50,831 bases of DNA, taken from assembly GCA_038216165.1 (NCBI GenBank), contig JBBQQJ010000001.1, forward strand, positions 1 through 50,831, read 5' to 3'. The notes beneath the pieces were generated by a model, which ran no database searches, was not told the origin of the DNA, and was given only the letters and a program-made list of their open reading frames with translations. The stretch comes from Gemmatimonadales bacterium (GTDB taxonomy: Bacteria > Gemmatimonadota > Gemmatimonadetes > Gemmatimonadales > GWC2-71-9). The position numbers and the translations under genes are program-made. Shown here one piece after another: positions 37,866-46,764 of this stretch; the stretch's first letter is position 1, and each line of letters opens with the position of its first letter.

Positions 37866-37984
37866 GATGTTGGATGTTGGATGTTGGACACTCGACATCG
37901 GCAACTCGATCCTGGTGAGCGACAGCGATGGTCGACTCCAATATCCACCATCCCATTACCGACATCCACACCAAGGACCCCTAC
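37866..37984 (+). repeat. Heptanucleotide-periodic intergenic spacer, starting with (GATGTTG)3
   Basis: The 119 nt (17 x 7) run from 6 nt after the esterase stop up to the ATP-grasp ATG. Units in register: GATGTTG x3, GACACTC, GACATCG, GCAACTC, GATCCTG, GTGAGCG ... ATCCACC, ATCCCAT, TACCGAC, ATCCACA, CCAAGGA, CCCCTAC. Confidence 0.75.
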
Positions 37985-38938
37985 ATGACACCACAACCCC
38001 AACGATCCATCGGCCTCCTCGTCGGTCGCGAATGGTCGTGGCCACCGGCCTTCATCGAGGAGGTCAACCGTCGCGGCGCCGGGGTCCATGCCGAGTTCGT
38101 CTCTCTGGGCGCGCCTCGCCTCGATGACCCCAAGCGCTACGACGTGGTGGTCGACCGGATCTCGCACGAGGTGCCGTTCTACCGGACCTGGCTCAAGCAC
38201 ACCGTGGTGAAGGGGACGCGGGTGATGAACTCCCCGCTGATGTGGACCGCCGACGACAAGTTCTTCGGCGCCACCCTCGCGGAGGCCAATGGGATCGCGT
38301 CACCGAAGACGGTCCTGCTCCCCAACAAGGAGTACATCCCCGGCATCAAGCACGAGGAGTCACTCCGCAACCTGGCCTATCCGCTCGATTGGCAAGCGGT
38401 GGTGGATCACATCGGGCTCCCCTGCGTGCTCAAGGACGCGCACGGCGGCGGCTGGCGCGACGTGTATATCTGCCACACACTGGAGGAGCTGCTCCACCAC
38501 TACAACCAGTCGGGGCTGCTCACGATGATTGTGCAGGAGTTCATCGTCTGGGACGAGTTCGTGCGCTGCATCTGCGTGGGGCACAAACACGTGGCGGTGA
38601 TCAAGTACGACCCGACCACCCGCACCTACCACGAGACGGAGGATTTTCTCCCCCTCGGGCTGCACGACACGATCGTCGAGCAGGCGCGCACCCTCTGCCG
38701 CGCGCTCGGCTACGGGATGAACTCGCTCGAGTTCGCGATTCGTGACGGCATTCCCTACGCCATCGATTTCATGAACCCCGCCCCCGACTTCGACATCAAC
38801 TCCCTCGGTCCGAAGTGGTTCGAGTGGGTGGTCCGCACCATGGCCGATGTGACGATCGCCATGGCGCTCGAGGACCGGGCCCTGCCGAAGCCGACGGCGC
38901 ACGCGCTGATCCGGGGCCGGGGAAAGCAGCGCGGGTGA
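37985..38938 (+). CDS. ATP-grasp domain protein (RimK/glutathione-synthetase-like ligase)
   Basis: AAGGA lies 7 nt upstream of ATG 37985. IGLPCVLKDAHGGGWRDVYICHTLEEL, MIVQEFIVWDEFVRCICVG and SLEFAIRDGIPYAIDFMN fit the ATP-grasp nucleotide-binding and Mg-site layout. Confidence 0.8.
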   Translation: MTPQPQRSIGLLVGREWSWPPAFIEEVNRRGAGVHAEFVSLGAPRLDDPKRYDVVVDRISHEVPFYRTWLKHTVVKGTRVMNSPLMWTADDKFFGATLAEANGIASPKTVLLPNKEYIPGIKHEESLRNLAYPLDWQAVVDHIGLPCVLKDAHGGGWRDVYICHTLEELLHHYNQSGLLTMIVQEFIVWDEFVRCICVGHKHVAVIKYDPTTRTYHETEDFLPLGLHDTIVEQARTLCRALGYGMNSLEFAIRDGIPYAIDFMNPAPDFDINSLGPKWFEWVVRTMADVTIAMALEDRALPKPTAHALIRGRGKQRG

Positions 38939-40287
38939 GCCACGATCCGGCGGCCGCGTGGCACGCGCTCCTCGACGACGACCTCGCCGCCGAGACCGAC
39001 GCATGGCTGGCGGCGCGACAGGTCGAGCGCGGCCTCACGTTCGGGACGCGGCCGCTCTGCACCGTGCTGCGCCCGCGCTTCCTTGACACCGCCGCATACG
39101 ACGCGCTCCGGCTCGCCACCCGCGAGCTGATGGGCGCGCTGAACACCGCCGGCGAGGCGGCCCTGGTCGATCCCGCCTTCCGCGCCGCGTTTCACCTTGC
39201 CGAGTGGGAGGAGACGCTGCTCGCGCGGATGCCGCGACTCTCCGCGCTCACGCCATTCGCACGGCTCGACACCTTCATCGACCCCGAGACCGGCATTGCG
39301 CGCCTCACCGAGTGCAACGGCGAGACCCCGGCCGGCACCGGCTATTCCGACGCCCTCACCGATCTCTTTCTGGCGGCACCGCCGATGCGGCAGTTCGCCC
39401 GCGATTGGGTGGTGCGCCCGCTCCCCGGCCTCCCCCACCTGCTCGGCGTGCTGCTCGACGCGTGGCAGCACTTCCGCGGCACCCGCGAGGCACCCTCGCT
39501 CGCCATCGTGGACTGGGCGGATGTGCCCACACAGGGCGAGTTCCGACTCTGCCAGGAGTACTTCGGGCGGATGGGGGTGCCGTGTCGCATCACCACACCC
39601 GAAGCGCTCCGCTATGCGCAGGGGGTGCTGCGCGACGACGATGGCACGCCGATCACGCTCGTGTACAAGCGGGTGCTGCTGCATGAACTCGTCGCGCGCG
39701 CGGGGATCGACCACCCGATGCTGCGCGCGGTCGCCGATGGCGCCGCCTGCATGGTGAACCCCATCCACGGCAAGCCGCTCCACAAGAAGGCGGCCCTCGC
39801 CGTGCTCTCCGACGAGCGGCACGCCGACCGCTTCACCGCCACCCAGCACGCCGCCATCGCGCGGCATGTGCCCTGGACCCGCGTGGTCGAGTCGCGCACC
39901 ACCCTGATCGACGGCGCAGCGGTGGACCTGCTCCCGTGGGCCGCGGAACACCGCGACGAGCTGGTGCTCAAACCGAATGATGACTATGGCGGCGCCGGTA
40001 TCGTCCTCGGCTGGGAAGTGGATCAGACCGCCTGGGACAGCGCACTTGAGCGCGCCGTCGCCCAGCCCTACATCGTGCAGCGGCGGATCGCCCTCCCGAC
40101 CGAGACGTTCCCCGCCATCGTCGACGGGCGCATGGTCCTCGATCCGCGCATTGTCGACGTCGCACCGTTCGCCTGGCAGGGCCGGTATGCAGAGTCCTGC
40201 CTCTCCCGCATCTCCACCTCGACGTTGGTCAACGTCACCGCGGGCGGCGGCTCCACCGTCCCCACTTTTGTCGTGGAGCACCGATGA
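38935..40287 (+). CDS. Second ATP-grasp-type amidoligase (circularly-permuted type-2 / glutathionylspermidine-synthase-like)
   Basis: GTGA overlap with the upstream stop. Motifs: [86 protein letters not shown]. The assignment comes from memory of family patterns and needs an HMM search. Confidence 0.7.
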   Translation: MSHDPAAAWHALLDDDLAAETDAWLAARQVERGLTFGTRPLCTVLRPRFLDTAAYDALRLATRELMGALNTAGEAALVDPAFRAAFHLAEWEETLLARMPRLSALTPFARLDTFIDPETGIARLTECNGETPAGTGYSDALTDLFLAAPPMRQFARDWVVRPLPGLPHLLGVLLDAWQHFRGTREAPSLAIVDWADVPTQGEFRLCQEYFGRMGVPCRITTPEALRYAQGVLRDDDGTPITLVYKRVLLHELVARAGIDHPMLRAVADGAACMVNPIHGKPLHKKAALAVLSDERHADRFTATQHAAIARHVPWTRVVESRTTLIDGAAVDLLPWAAEHRDELVLKPNDDYGGAGIVLGWEVDQTAWDSALERAVAQPYIVQRRIALPTETFPAIVDGRMVLDPRIVDVAPFAWQGRYAESCLSRISTSTLVNVTAGGGSTVPTFVVEHR

Positions 40288-41390
40288 AGGCCCCTTCGCT
40301 CACCATCGGGATCGAGGAGGAGTATCAGATCATCGATCCCGAGACCCGGGAGTTGCGCAGCTACATCACCGAGATCCTCCAGGAGGATTCCGTGATGCTC
40401 GGCGAGATCAAGCCCGAGCTGCACCAGTCGATGGTCGAGATCGGCACCTCCGTCTGCCACACCCCGGCCGAGGTGCGGACCGAGCTGATTCGCCTGCGTC
40501 GGCTGGTGATGAATCTCGCCGCGCGGAAGGGACTCGTGATCGCCGCCGCCGGCACTCATCCGTTTTCGTCGTGGATCGATCAGGAGATCACCCCGCTGGA
40601 GCGCTACATCGTGGTCAAGGAAGACCTGCAGGAGCTGGCGCAGTCGCTCCTGATCTTCGGGACCCACGTCCACATCGGCATCGAGGACCCGGAGTTCCGG
40701 ATCGATGCGATGAACGTCTGTCGCTACTTCCTGCCACACGTGCTCGCACTGAGCACGTCGTCGCCGTTCTGGATGGGCCGCAACACCGGGCTCAAGAGCT
40801 ACCGCAGCGTGGTGTTCCGATCGTTCCCGCGCACCGGGATTCCCCGCACGCTCAACTCGCATGCCGACTACGAAGAATTCGTGAACGTGATGGTCGCCAC
40901 CCGGTCGATCCCGGACGCCAGCAAACTCTGGTGGGACGTGCGGCCGCACCACAAATTTCCGACCCTCGAGTTCCGGGTCTGCGATGTCTGCACCCGGGTG
41001 GACGAGGCGGTCTGCATCGGGGCCATCTTCCAGGCGCTCATCGCCAAGCTCTGGAAGTTGCGCCGCGACAACATCACCTTTCGGCAGTACGCCCCGAGCC
41101 TGATCGAGGAGAACAAGTGGCGCGCCACGCGCTACGGCCTTGGCGGGCACCTCATCGACTTCGGGCGCGGGGAGCAGAAGCCCGCGACGAGCCTGATCGA
41201 AGAGTTGCTCGCCTGGTTCCTCGATGACGTGCTCGATGAGCTCGGGTCGCGGAAGGAAGTGGAATACGCCCTCACCATCCTGCGCGAGGGCACCAGCGCA
41301 GATCGGCAGCTCGCCACCTGGCGTGCCACCGGCTCCCTGCACGCCGTCGTGGACCAGCTCGTGCGCGAAACCGCCGAGGGAGTGATCTGA
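40284..41390 (+). CDS. Carboxylate-amine ligase, YbdK/GCS2 family
   Basis: ATGA overlap with the upstream gene. [24 protein letters not shown]..., HVHIGI and the [15 protein letters not shown] motifs are typical of glutamate-cysteine ligase family 2. Confidence 0.9.
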   Translation: MKAPSLTIGIEEEYQIIDPETRELRSYITEILQEDSVMLGEIKPELHQSMVEIGTSVCHTPAEVRTELIRLRRLVMNLAARKGLVIAAAGTHPFSSWIDQEITPLERYIVVKEDLQELAQSLLIFGTHVHIGIEDPEFRIDAMNVCRYFLPHVLALSTSSPFWMGRNTGLKSYRSVVFRSFPRTGIPRTLNSHADYEEFVNVMVATRSIPDASKLWWDVRPHHKFPTLEFRVCDVCTRVDEAVCIGAIFQALIAKLWKLRRDNITFRQYAPSLIEENKWRATRYGLGGHLIDFGRGEQKPATSLIEELLAWFLDDVLDELGSRKEVEYALTILREGTSADRQLATWRATGSLHAVVDQLVRETAEGVI

Positions 41391-41392
41391 CG

Positions 41393-42166
41393 ATGTCCGT
41401 TCGCCGTCCGCTGGTCGGGGTGACCACCCAGACCCTTCACGCCATCGAAGGGATCCCCGACGGCCTCCCCGATTCGTGGGTCATGAACCAGCGGTATGTA
41501 CATGCCGTGATGGCTGCCGGCGCCCTTCCGGTGCTGGTCCCGTTGCTGGCGGAGGATCCCGCCACCCTGCACGCGATCTACGAGCGGCTCGACGGCGTGG
41601 TCGTGCCGGGCGGCATCGACGTCGACCCGGCCTACTACCGGGCCCCGCGGCATGAGGCGCTCGGGCGCCTCGATCCGGCGCGCGACACCACGGAGATGAT
41701 TCTCGCGCGCTGGGCGCTCCGCGACAGGAAGCCGTTCCTCGGCCTCTGTCGCGGCATGCAGATCCTCAACGTCGTCACCGGCGGCTCCCTCTGGCAGGAC
41801 CTCGAGGCCGAGCGCGAGGGCTCCCTCAAGCACGACTACTTCCCGACCGCCGGCTGGGAGCGCGACCATCTCGCCCATCCCATCGAGATCGTCCGCACCT
41901 CCCGGCTCGGTGACGCGCTGCACGCGGCCAGCGCACCGGTCAACTCGATGCACCATCAGGGCGTCCGCGACGTCGGCTTCGGCCTCGTCCCCACGGCGTG
42001 GTCCCCCGACGGATTGATCGAGGCCGTGGAGGCGGAACAGGGCTTCGCCGTGGGCGTGCAGTGGCACCCGGAAATGTTCACCCCCGGCGCAGCGTCGGTC
42101 GGCGAGCTCTTCGCCGCCTTCGTCGATGCCGCTGGGGGGGGCACCAAACCGGCGCGCCTCGCATGA
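41393..42166 (+). CDS. Gamma-glutamyl-gamma-aminobutyrate-hydrolase-like protein (peptidase C26, class-I glutamine amidotransferase fold)
   Basis: Starts 2 nt after the upstream stop. GLCRGMQILNVV (Cys nucleophile), VNSMHHQGV and GVQWHPE motifs. Confidence 0.9.
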   Translation: MSVRRPLVGVTTQTLHAIEGIPDGLPDSWVMNQRYVHAVMAAGALPVLVPLLAEDPATLHAIYERLDGVVVPGGIDVDPAYYRAPRHEALGRLDPARDTTEMILARWALRDRKPFLGLCRGMQILNVVTGGSLWQDLEAEREGSLKHDYFPTAGWERDHLAHPIEIVRTSRLGDALHAASAPVNSMHHQGVRDVGFGLVPTAWSPDGLIEAVEAEQGFAVGVQWHPEMFTPGAASVGELFAAFVDAAGGGTKPARLA

Positions 42167-42549
42167 CCGCCCTCGCGGTGGCCGGTGGGGGCGCGCTCGG
42201 GGCGCTGTTGCGCTGGGCCGTCGGCACCTGGGTCGTCCGGGGCCATGCCGACGCCTTCCCCTGGGCCACCCTCGCCGTGAACATCATCGGGTCCGCCCTG
42301 CTCGGCGGCATTACCGTCTGGGCCACCGAAACCGGCGGCTTCTCACAGGCCACTCGGCTCTTCCTGACGGTGGGCCTCTGCGGCGGCTTCACCACCTTCA
42401 GTACCTTCGCCTACGAGACCGCCGACTTCGCCGCGCGTGGCCTCCAGGGGCGTGCCGCCCTCTACGCGCTGCTCAGCGTGACGCTCTGTGTTGGGGCCGT
42501 CATCGCCGGCGGGGCAGTGGGGCAGGCGGTGGCCGGCAGGGGGGACTAG
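42163..42549 (+). CDS. crcB: Fluoride ion channel CrcB/FluC
   Basis: ATGA overlap with the upstream gene. MTALAVAGGGALGALLRW..., NIIGSALLG and GLCGGFTTFSTF are conserved CrcB motifs. 128 aa. Confidence 0.9.
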   Translation: MTALAVAGGGALGALLRWAVGTWVVRGHADAFPWATLAVNIIGSALLGGITVWATETGGFSQATRLFLTVGLCGGFTTFSTFAYETADFAARGLQGRAALYALLSVTLCVGAVIAGGAVGQAVAGRGD

Positions 42550-42598
42550 GGTGAACGGTGAACCGGGGCCGCGCGTCAGTCTGGTTCACCGCGTCACC
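42550..42598. terminator. Hairpin between convergent crcB and the DUF5916 gene (possible bidirectional terminator)
   Basis: GGTGAACGGTGAACC (42550-64) pairs with GGTTCACCGCGTCACC (42583-98). That gives 9 bp plus 5 bp with a small internal loop and an 18-nt apical loop. No U-tract. The arms are themselves heptad repeats. Confidence 0.4.
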
Positions 42599-42627
42599 CA
42601 TCACGGCCGACCTCCCCCGTTCCCCAT

Positions 42628-44979
42628 TCACCCCTGCATCCGAAACAGATACGACAGCTTCAGGAAGAACCCGTCCTCCGTGCGCCGGAGCTGCCGCCGG
42701 CCATCGCGATCGGGTTCCTCGTGCGACGCTCCGTACCCCAGGTACACCAGCGTGCCCGGTGTCGGGAGGTAGGTGAAGAGGAAGTCGGTGCGCAGCGCGC
42801 CCTGGCGCCCGCCGAGGTCGCGCGTAAAGGCGCCGGTGGCGGGGTGCCGCACCACCAGCGGCAGCTCGGTGCGGGAGTTGTCGCGCAACGAGTCCTGGAT
42901 GTCGAGCGTGTACTGCGAGATGATCCGGACCTGCATCGCCCGGGAGAGCTGGTATTCCAGCCGCGCCCGCGGCACAATCCGCAGCGAGACGCGCGAGTCG
43001 TCCAACGGGCGGTTGACCTGCTGGTGATTGTACGAGAGGATCACCCGCGCCTGTTCGCTCGGCCGCAGCGTGGCGCTCGCCGTGATCCAGAGCAGGTCCC
43101 CGCTTGCCCACTCGAAAAAGTTTTCGTCGCGTCCCCAGAGCAGGAAGGCGTTGAACTGCGCGACGCGAAACGCGGGCGACCCCACCGTCACGAGGTAGTC
43201 GCGATTGGGAAGCCGCGGCGTCCCCACGAACGGCAGCACCGCGCCGGAGGGGGCCAGCACGCCATGGTTGCGGTACAGCGACGGATCGTACCCGAACGAC
43301 TCCTCGAGCCACGACGCCCCGACGCTCCAGCCACCGCGCCAGCGGGAGTTCACGTTGAAGTGCAGTTTGCGATCCTGGATCTGGCCACCATGCACGAAGT
43401 CGTCGTACTGCCAGGTGCCGTCGAGCACCACTTCGCCGGTGAGTGCTTCCAGGGCCGCCCCTTCGCGCAACCGCGTGAGTGAGTGCGCCACCGCCGCCTG
43501 CGCGATGCCCGGGCGGGTGATGAAGCCGGTGCGTGTGCGGAAATCGGCGTCAATCCCCGACAACGTGTACCGGGCACGAAAGCTCCGCCCGTTCCGCGTG
43601 TAGCCGGCCGACCACAACGGGGCGGTGGTGGCGGTCCCGTTCACCTCGTCCCGTGCAACGGCGCCGTGGAAGGTGAAGGAATGGATGCCACCGAGCACGA
43701 CGCGGCCATCGGCCGCCACCACCCGGTTCGCATCGGGCCCGTCGGATTGCTCGGTCCACGTCATCCCCAGCCGGGAGCCGGGCCCGAGGTCGCGGGTGAG
43801 GCGCATCACCCCGAAGCGGGGATGATCGCCGTGCCGCGAGGCGGCGCGGTCATCGAGCGCGGCCAAGAGGCCCACCTGCGTCCCGGCCACGCGCCCCGCC
43901 ATCTTGGTGGCCGCCACCGGCTGCACGATGCGGCGCGTGTAGATCAGGCGCGACGGCGCATCGAACTGCTCGATCCCATCCAGAAAGAACGGCCGCCGCT
44001 CCGGAAAGAAGAGCGCTTGGCGCGGGTCGAACGCGAACTGCCCCGCGTCGCTCTCCACCTGCGAGAAATCCGGATTGGCCGTGCCATTGAGGGTCAGGTT
44101 GGGGGTGATCCCCCACCGCACCGTGCCGCCCACCTCGGGAGCGCCGCCATCGTAGCCCCACCGCCCGACTGGCCCACTCCCCCCCCCACGCACCGCCGCG
44201 GTGAGGGTCGGGATGATGTCCACCACCACGCCGCGCTGCAATCCCTCGAGGCCAGCGAGCTGCCCGGATTGGGCGAGGAACGACGCCGCCGCCCGGGTGG
44301 CCGGTGTCCAGGTCTGCTCCTGACCGCTGCGCTGCACCACGCGCAGCACGTTGATTCCCCACGCCTGGCGCGCCCCCGACTGGAAGCGGATGCTCTTGAA
44401 CGGAATGCGGAGCTCCACCGCGTAGCCATCGGCGAGCAGGCGGCCCTTCGATGCCCAGACGAAGTCCTGCGACAGGTCCGGCGCCTCGCGCGTGGACACC
44501 GCGCAGTTGAAGCCGCCGCAGGCGCGTCCGCCACTCTCGTTCAGGGCGCCGTCGGCCTGCACCCCGAGCGGGTTCACGGCCAGGAAGGTGGCCTGGCGGC
44601 CGTCGTTGAAGGTCGAGAGGAAGAGCTGCACCTGGTCGTCGCTGCCGATCCGGTCGCGCTCGGCCAGCGTCGCGCGCACCGCCCCGGCCACGTCCCACGC
44701 CCGGATCCCCACGTGCAACGCCGTGGGCGAGTACCACACCCGCACCTCGGTGGAGTCGGTCGCGGCCACCTGGTCCACCGGGGCGTACTGGGAGAACCCC
44801 GTGAGGATCGCCGCCTGCTGCCACACCGGCTCGTCGAGCACCCCGTCCACCGTGATGCTCGCCTCGATCCGGGGTGGCCGCACCATGAGGTCACCCAGGC
44901 GGCCGTGATAGACCAACGAGTCGTTCGGACCGGCAACAAGGGCAAGCGCAAACAGGGGCAGCAGGGCCATGCGGTCCAT
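42628..44979 (-). CDS. CBM9-like / DUF5916 domain outer-membrane-associated protein
   Basis: Preferred start is MDRMALLPLFALALVAG at 44979 (or 44970). ITVDGVLDEPVWQQAAILTGFSQYAP is CBM9-like. The long beta-rich C-terminal region ends ...FFLKLSYLFRMQG. Confidence 0.75.
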   Translation of the reverse strand: MDRMALLPLFALALVAGPNDSLVYHGRLGDLMVRPPRIEASITVDGVLDEPVWQQAAILTGFSQYAPVDQVAATDSTEVRVWYSPTALHVGIRAWDVAGAVRATLAERDRIGSDDQVQLFLSTFNDGRQATFLAVNPLGVQADGALNESGGRACGGFNCAVSTREAPDLSQDFVWASKGRLLADGYAVELRIPFKSIRFQSGARQAWGINVLRVVQRSGQEQTWTPATRAAASFLAQSGQLAGLEGLQRGVVVDIIPTLTAAVRGGGSGPVGRWGYDGGAPEVGGTVRWGITPNLTLNGTANPDFSQVESDAGQFAFDPRQALFFPERRPFFLDGIEQFDAPSRLIYTRRIVQPVAATKMAGRVAGTQVGLLAALDDRAASRHGDHPRFGVMRLTRDLGPGSRLGMTWTEQSDGPDANRVVAADGRVVLGGIHSFTFHGAVARDEVNGTATTAPLWSAGYTRNGRSFRARYTLSGIDADFRTRTGFITRPGIAQAAVAHSLTRLREGAALEALTGEVVLDGTWQYDDFVHGGQIQDRKLHFNVNSRWRGGWSVGASWLEESFGYDPSLYRNHGVLAPSGAVLPFVGTPRLPNRDYLVTVGSPAFRVAQFNAFLLWGRDENFFEWASGDLLWITASATLRPSEQARVILSYNHQQVNRPLDDSRVSLRIVPRARLEYQLSRAMQVRIISQYTLDIQDSLRDNSRTELPLVVRHPATGAFTRDLGGRQGALRTDFLFTYLPTPGTLVYLGYGASHEEPDRDGRRQLRRTEDGFFLKLSYLFRMQG

Positions 44980-45106
44980 CCGGAGCGGGAGTGACAGGGG
45001 ATGGGAAGCGGTACGAGCAGGCAGGACCGGGAGTTTCCCCGCCACACTAGATTCCGGTGAGACACTCCCCCGTGCACCGTTCACCCTCCCCACCCCAGAG
45101 CCTCCC

Positions 45107-46024
45107 ATGCGACTCCTCGCCCTGGTGCTCCTCGCCACCGCCCCCCTCGCCGCCCAATGGCCGGCCGTCCAGCGCGACGCCGCCCTCGAACGGCAACTCG
45201 CCACGCTGGCTGCCGAGGTCGATGGCGAGGTCGGGATCTACGTGCGCCATCTCCCCACCGGACGCGGGGCGCTGCTGCGCGCCGACGAGCTGTTTCCCAC
45301 CGCCTCGATGGTCAAGGTGCCGATCCTTCTCACGACCTTCGACCAGGTCGCGCGGGGCACCTTCGCCTTCGATACCACCCTCGTCTGGGCCGACTCGCTC
45401 CGCTATGGGGGCGAGGACGATCTCTTCGACAAGCTGCGCGACAGCGCCCGCGTGCCGCTGAGCCAGGTGACCCAGGCGATGATCTCCAGCAGCGACAACG
45501 CCGCGTCACTCTGGCTCCAGGCGCTCGTCGGGGGGGGGGCGGCCATCAACACCTGGCTCGCCGCCAACGGCTTCGACTCCACCCGCGTCAACTCGCGCAC
45601 CCCCGGCCGGCGGGAGATCTGGCAAAAGTACGGCTGGGGCCAGACCACCCCGCGCGAGATCGCCGAAATGGTGGTGGGCCTCCGCGAGGGGCGGCTGGTG
45701 AGTCGCGCGGCCAGCGAGGCGATGTACCGACACCTCACGCGCATCCACTGGAACGGCGAGGCACTCTCCCAGTTGCCGCCCTGGGTGCAGGCCGCGTCCA
45801 AGCAGGGCGCCGTCAATCGCTCGCGCTCCGAGGTGGTGCTCGTCAACGCTCCGGGAGGCGACTATGTCTTCGCGGTCATCACCCGCAACCAGGGAGACGA
45901 GTCCTGGACGCCAGCCAACCAGGGCTACGTCCTCCTGCGCAAGGTCTCGGCGCTGCTGTGGGGGACCTTCGCCCCGGGGCATCCGTATACCCCACCACCG
46001 GACGCGCCGCGATACCTGCCGTAG
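45107..46024 (+). CDS. Class-A beta-lactamase-like serine hydrolase
   Basis: Signal peptide MRLLALVLLATAPLAAQ. SxxK (TASMVKV), SDN (SSSDNAA) and a KTG-equivalent (SKQGAV). Confidence 0.75.
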   Translation: MRLLALVLLATAPLAAQWPAVQRDAALERQLATLAAEVDGEVGIYVRHLPTGRGALLRADELFPTASMVKVPILLTTFDQVARGTFAFDTTLVWADSLRYGGEDDLFDKLRDSARVPLSQVTQAMISSSDNAASLWLQALVGGGAAINTWLAANGFDSTRVNSRTPGRREIWQKYGWGQTTPREIAEMVVGLREGRLVSRAASEAMYRHLTRIHWNGEALSQLPPWVQAASKQGAVNRSRSEVVLVNAPGGDYVFAVITRNQGDESWTPANQGYVLLRKVSALLWGTFAPGHPYTPPPDAPRYLP

Positions 46025-46141
46025 CGCCGGTGTGTGCGCCCGTCGTCCCGGCGGCGTCCCCTCTTGCTGAGTGGCCCACCCCCCATGGCCCTGGGCCCTC
46101 GGCCGGGATGGTTCCGGTCTCCACCATTTCGAGGAGTGTGT

Positions 46142-46651
46142 ATGCGCAACGGACTGATCGCGGGTGTTGCCCTGGTACTGATGGCTGCTGCCGCACCACT
46201 GGCAGCACAGGATATCGGCTGGACGGTCGGCGTCAACGGTGGCCTCACCCTGCCGATGGGTGACGCGGCGGACGCCTACGATGCCGGCTTCGGTGGCGGC
46301 GTGATCATCGGAATGCGGCCAGCACTGCGGGGCATCGGCTATGGCGTCGAGGCGCAGATCCATCGCCTTGCCCTCAAGAACGTCGACGGCAACCTGACCG
46401 GCTTCGCGGCCTTCGGTCGCCTCAACTTCCCCGTGGCAGAGCAGGTGTACCTGATCGGCGGCGCCGGCGCCTTCCGCAGCGAGGCCACGCTCGACAACAC
46501 CGATGTCAAGGGCACCAGCACGGACCTCGCCCTCCAGGGTGGAGTCGGGTTCAACTTCGGCCGCAACCTCTTTGCCGAGGCCAAGCTGATCAACGTCTTC
46601 GGCGATGACTCCTCCCAGTTCATCCCCATCACGATTGGGATCCGCTTCTAG
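46142..46651 (+). CDS. Small outer-membrane beta-barrel protein (OmpA-like/OmpW-like barrel)
   Basis: GAGGAG lies 6 nt upstream of the ATG. Signal peptide [23 protein letters not shown]. Alternating strands, with a C-terminal ...ITIGIRF ending in aromatic Phe. Confidence 0.75.
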   Translation: MRNGLIAGVALVLMAAAAPLAAQDIGWTVGVNGGLTLPMGDAADAYDAGFGGGVIIGMRPALRGIGYGVEAQIHRLALKNVDGNLTGFAAFGRLNFPVAEQVYLIGGAGAFRSEATLDNTDVKGTSTDLALQGGVGFNFGRNLFAEAKLINVFGDDSSQFIPITIGIRF

Positions 46652-46674
46652 CACCGATGCTGGAAACGCTCCTG

Positions 46675-46711
46675 ACGCAACGCCCCGGCGAGACCTGCCG
46701 GGGCGTTGCGT
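46675..46711 (+). terminator. Perfect 15-bp stem-loop after the OM barrel gene
   Basis: ACGCAACGCCCCGGC-gagacct-GCCGGGGCGTTGCGT, 24 nt after the stop. No U-tract. Confidence 0.6.
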
Positions 46712-46764
46712 GCGTCTGGCACCCAACGCCCTTGTTCGGCACGGTCCCTGCTCAAGTGGGACCC

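Noticed and set aside
37881-37988. 35-codon ORF (MLDTRHRQLDPGERQRWSTPISTIPLPTSTPRTPT*) ending in an ATGA overlap with the ATP-grasp start; possible graspetide/RiPP precursor or leader peptide
   Set aside because: GC3 is only about 46% by hand count, against about 85-90% in real genes here. It uses rare codons (ATA, TTA), has no RBS, and lacks the Asp/Glu acceptors expected in an ATP-grasp-crosslinked core. The ATG is simply one of three created by the GATGTTG repeats. It is worth a tblastn check, but I do not call it.
42100-42165. Fluoride riboswitch upstream of crcB
   Set aside because: crcB overlaps the preceding CDS by 4 nt, and I could not see the conserved crcB-motif segments anywhere in the operon leader. 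A covariance-model scan is needed for certainty.
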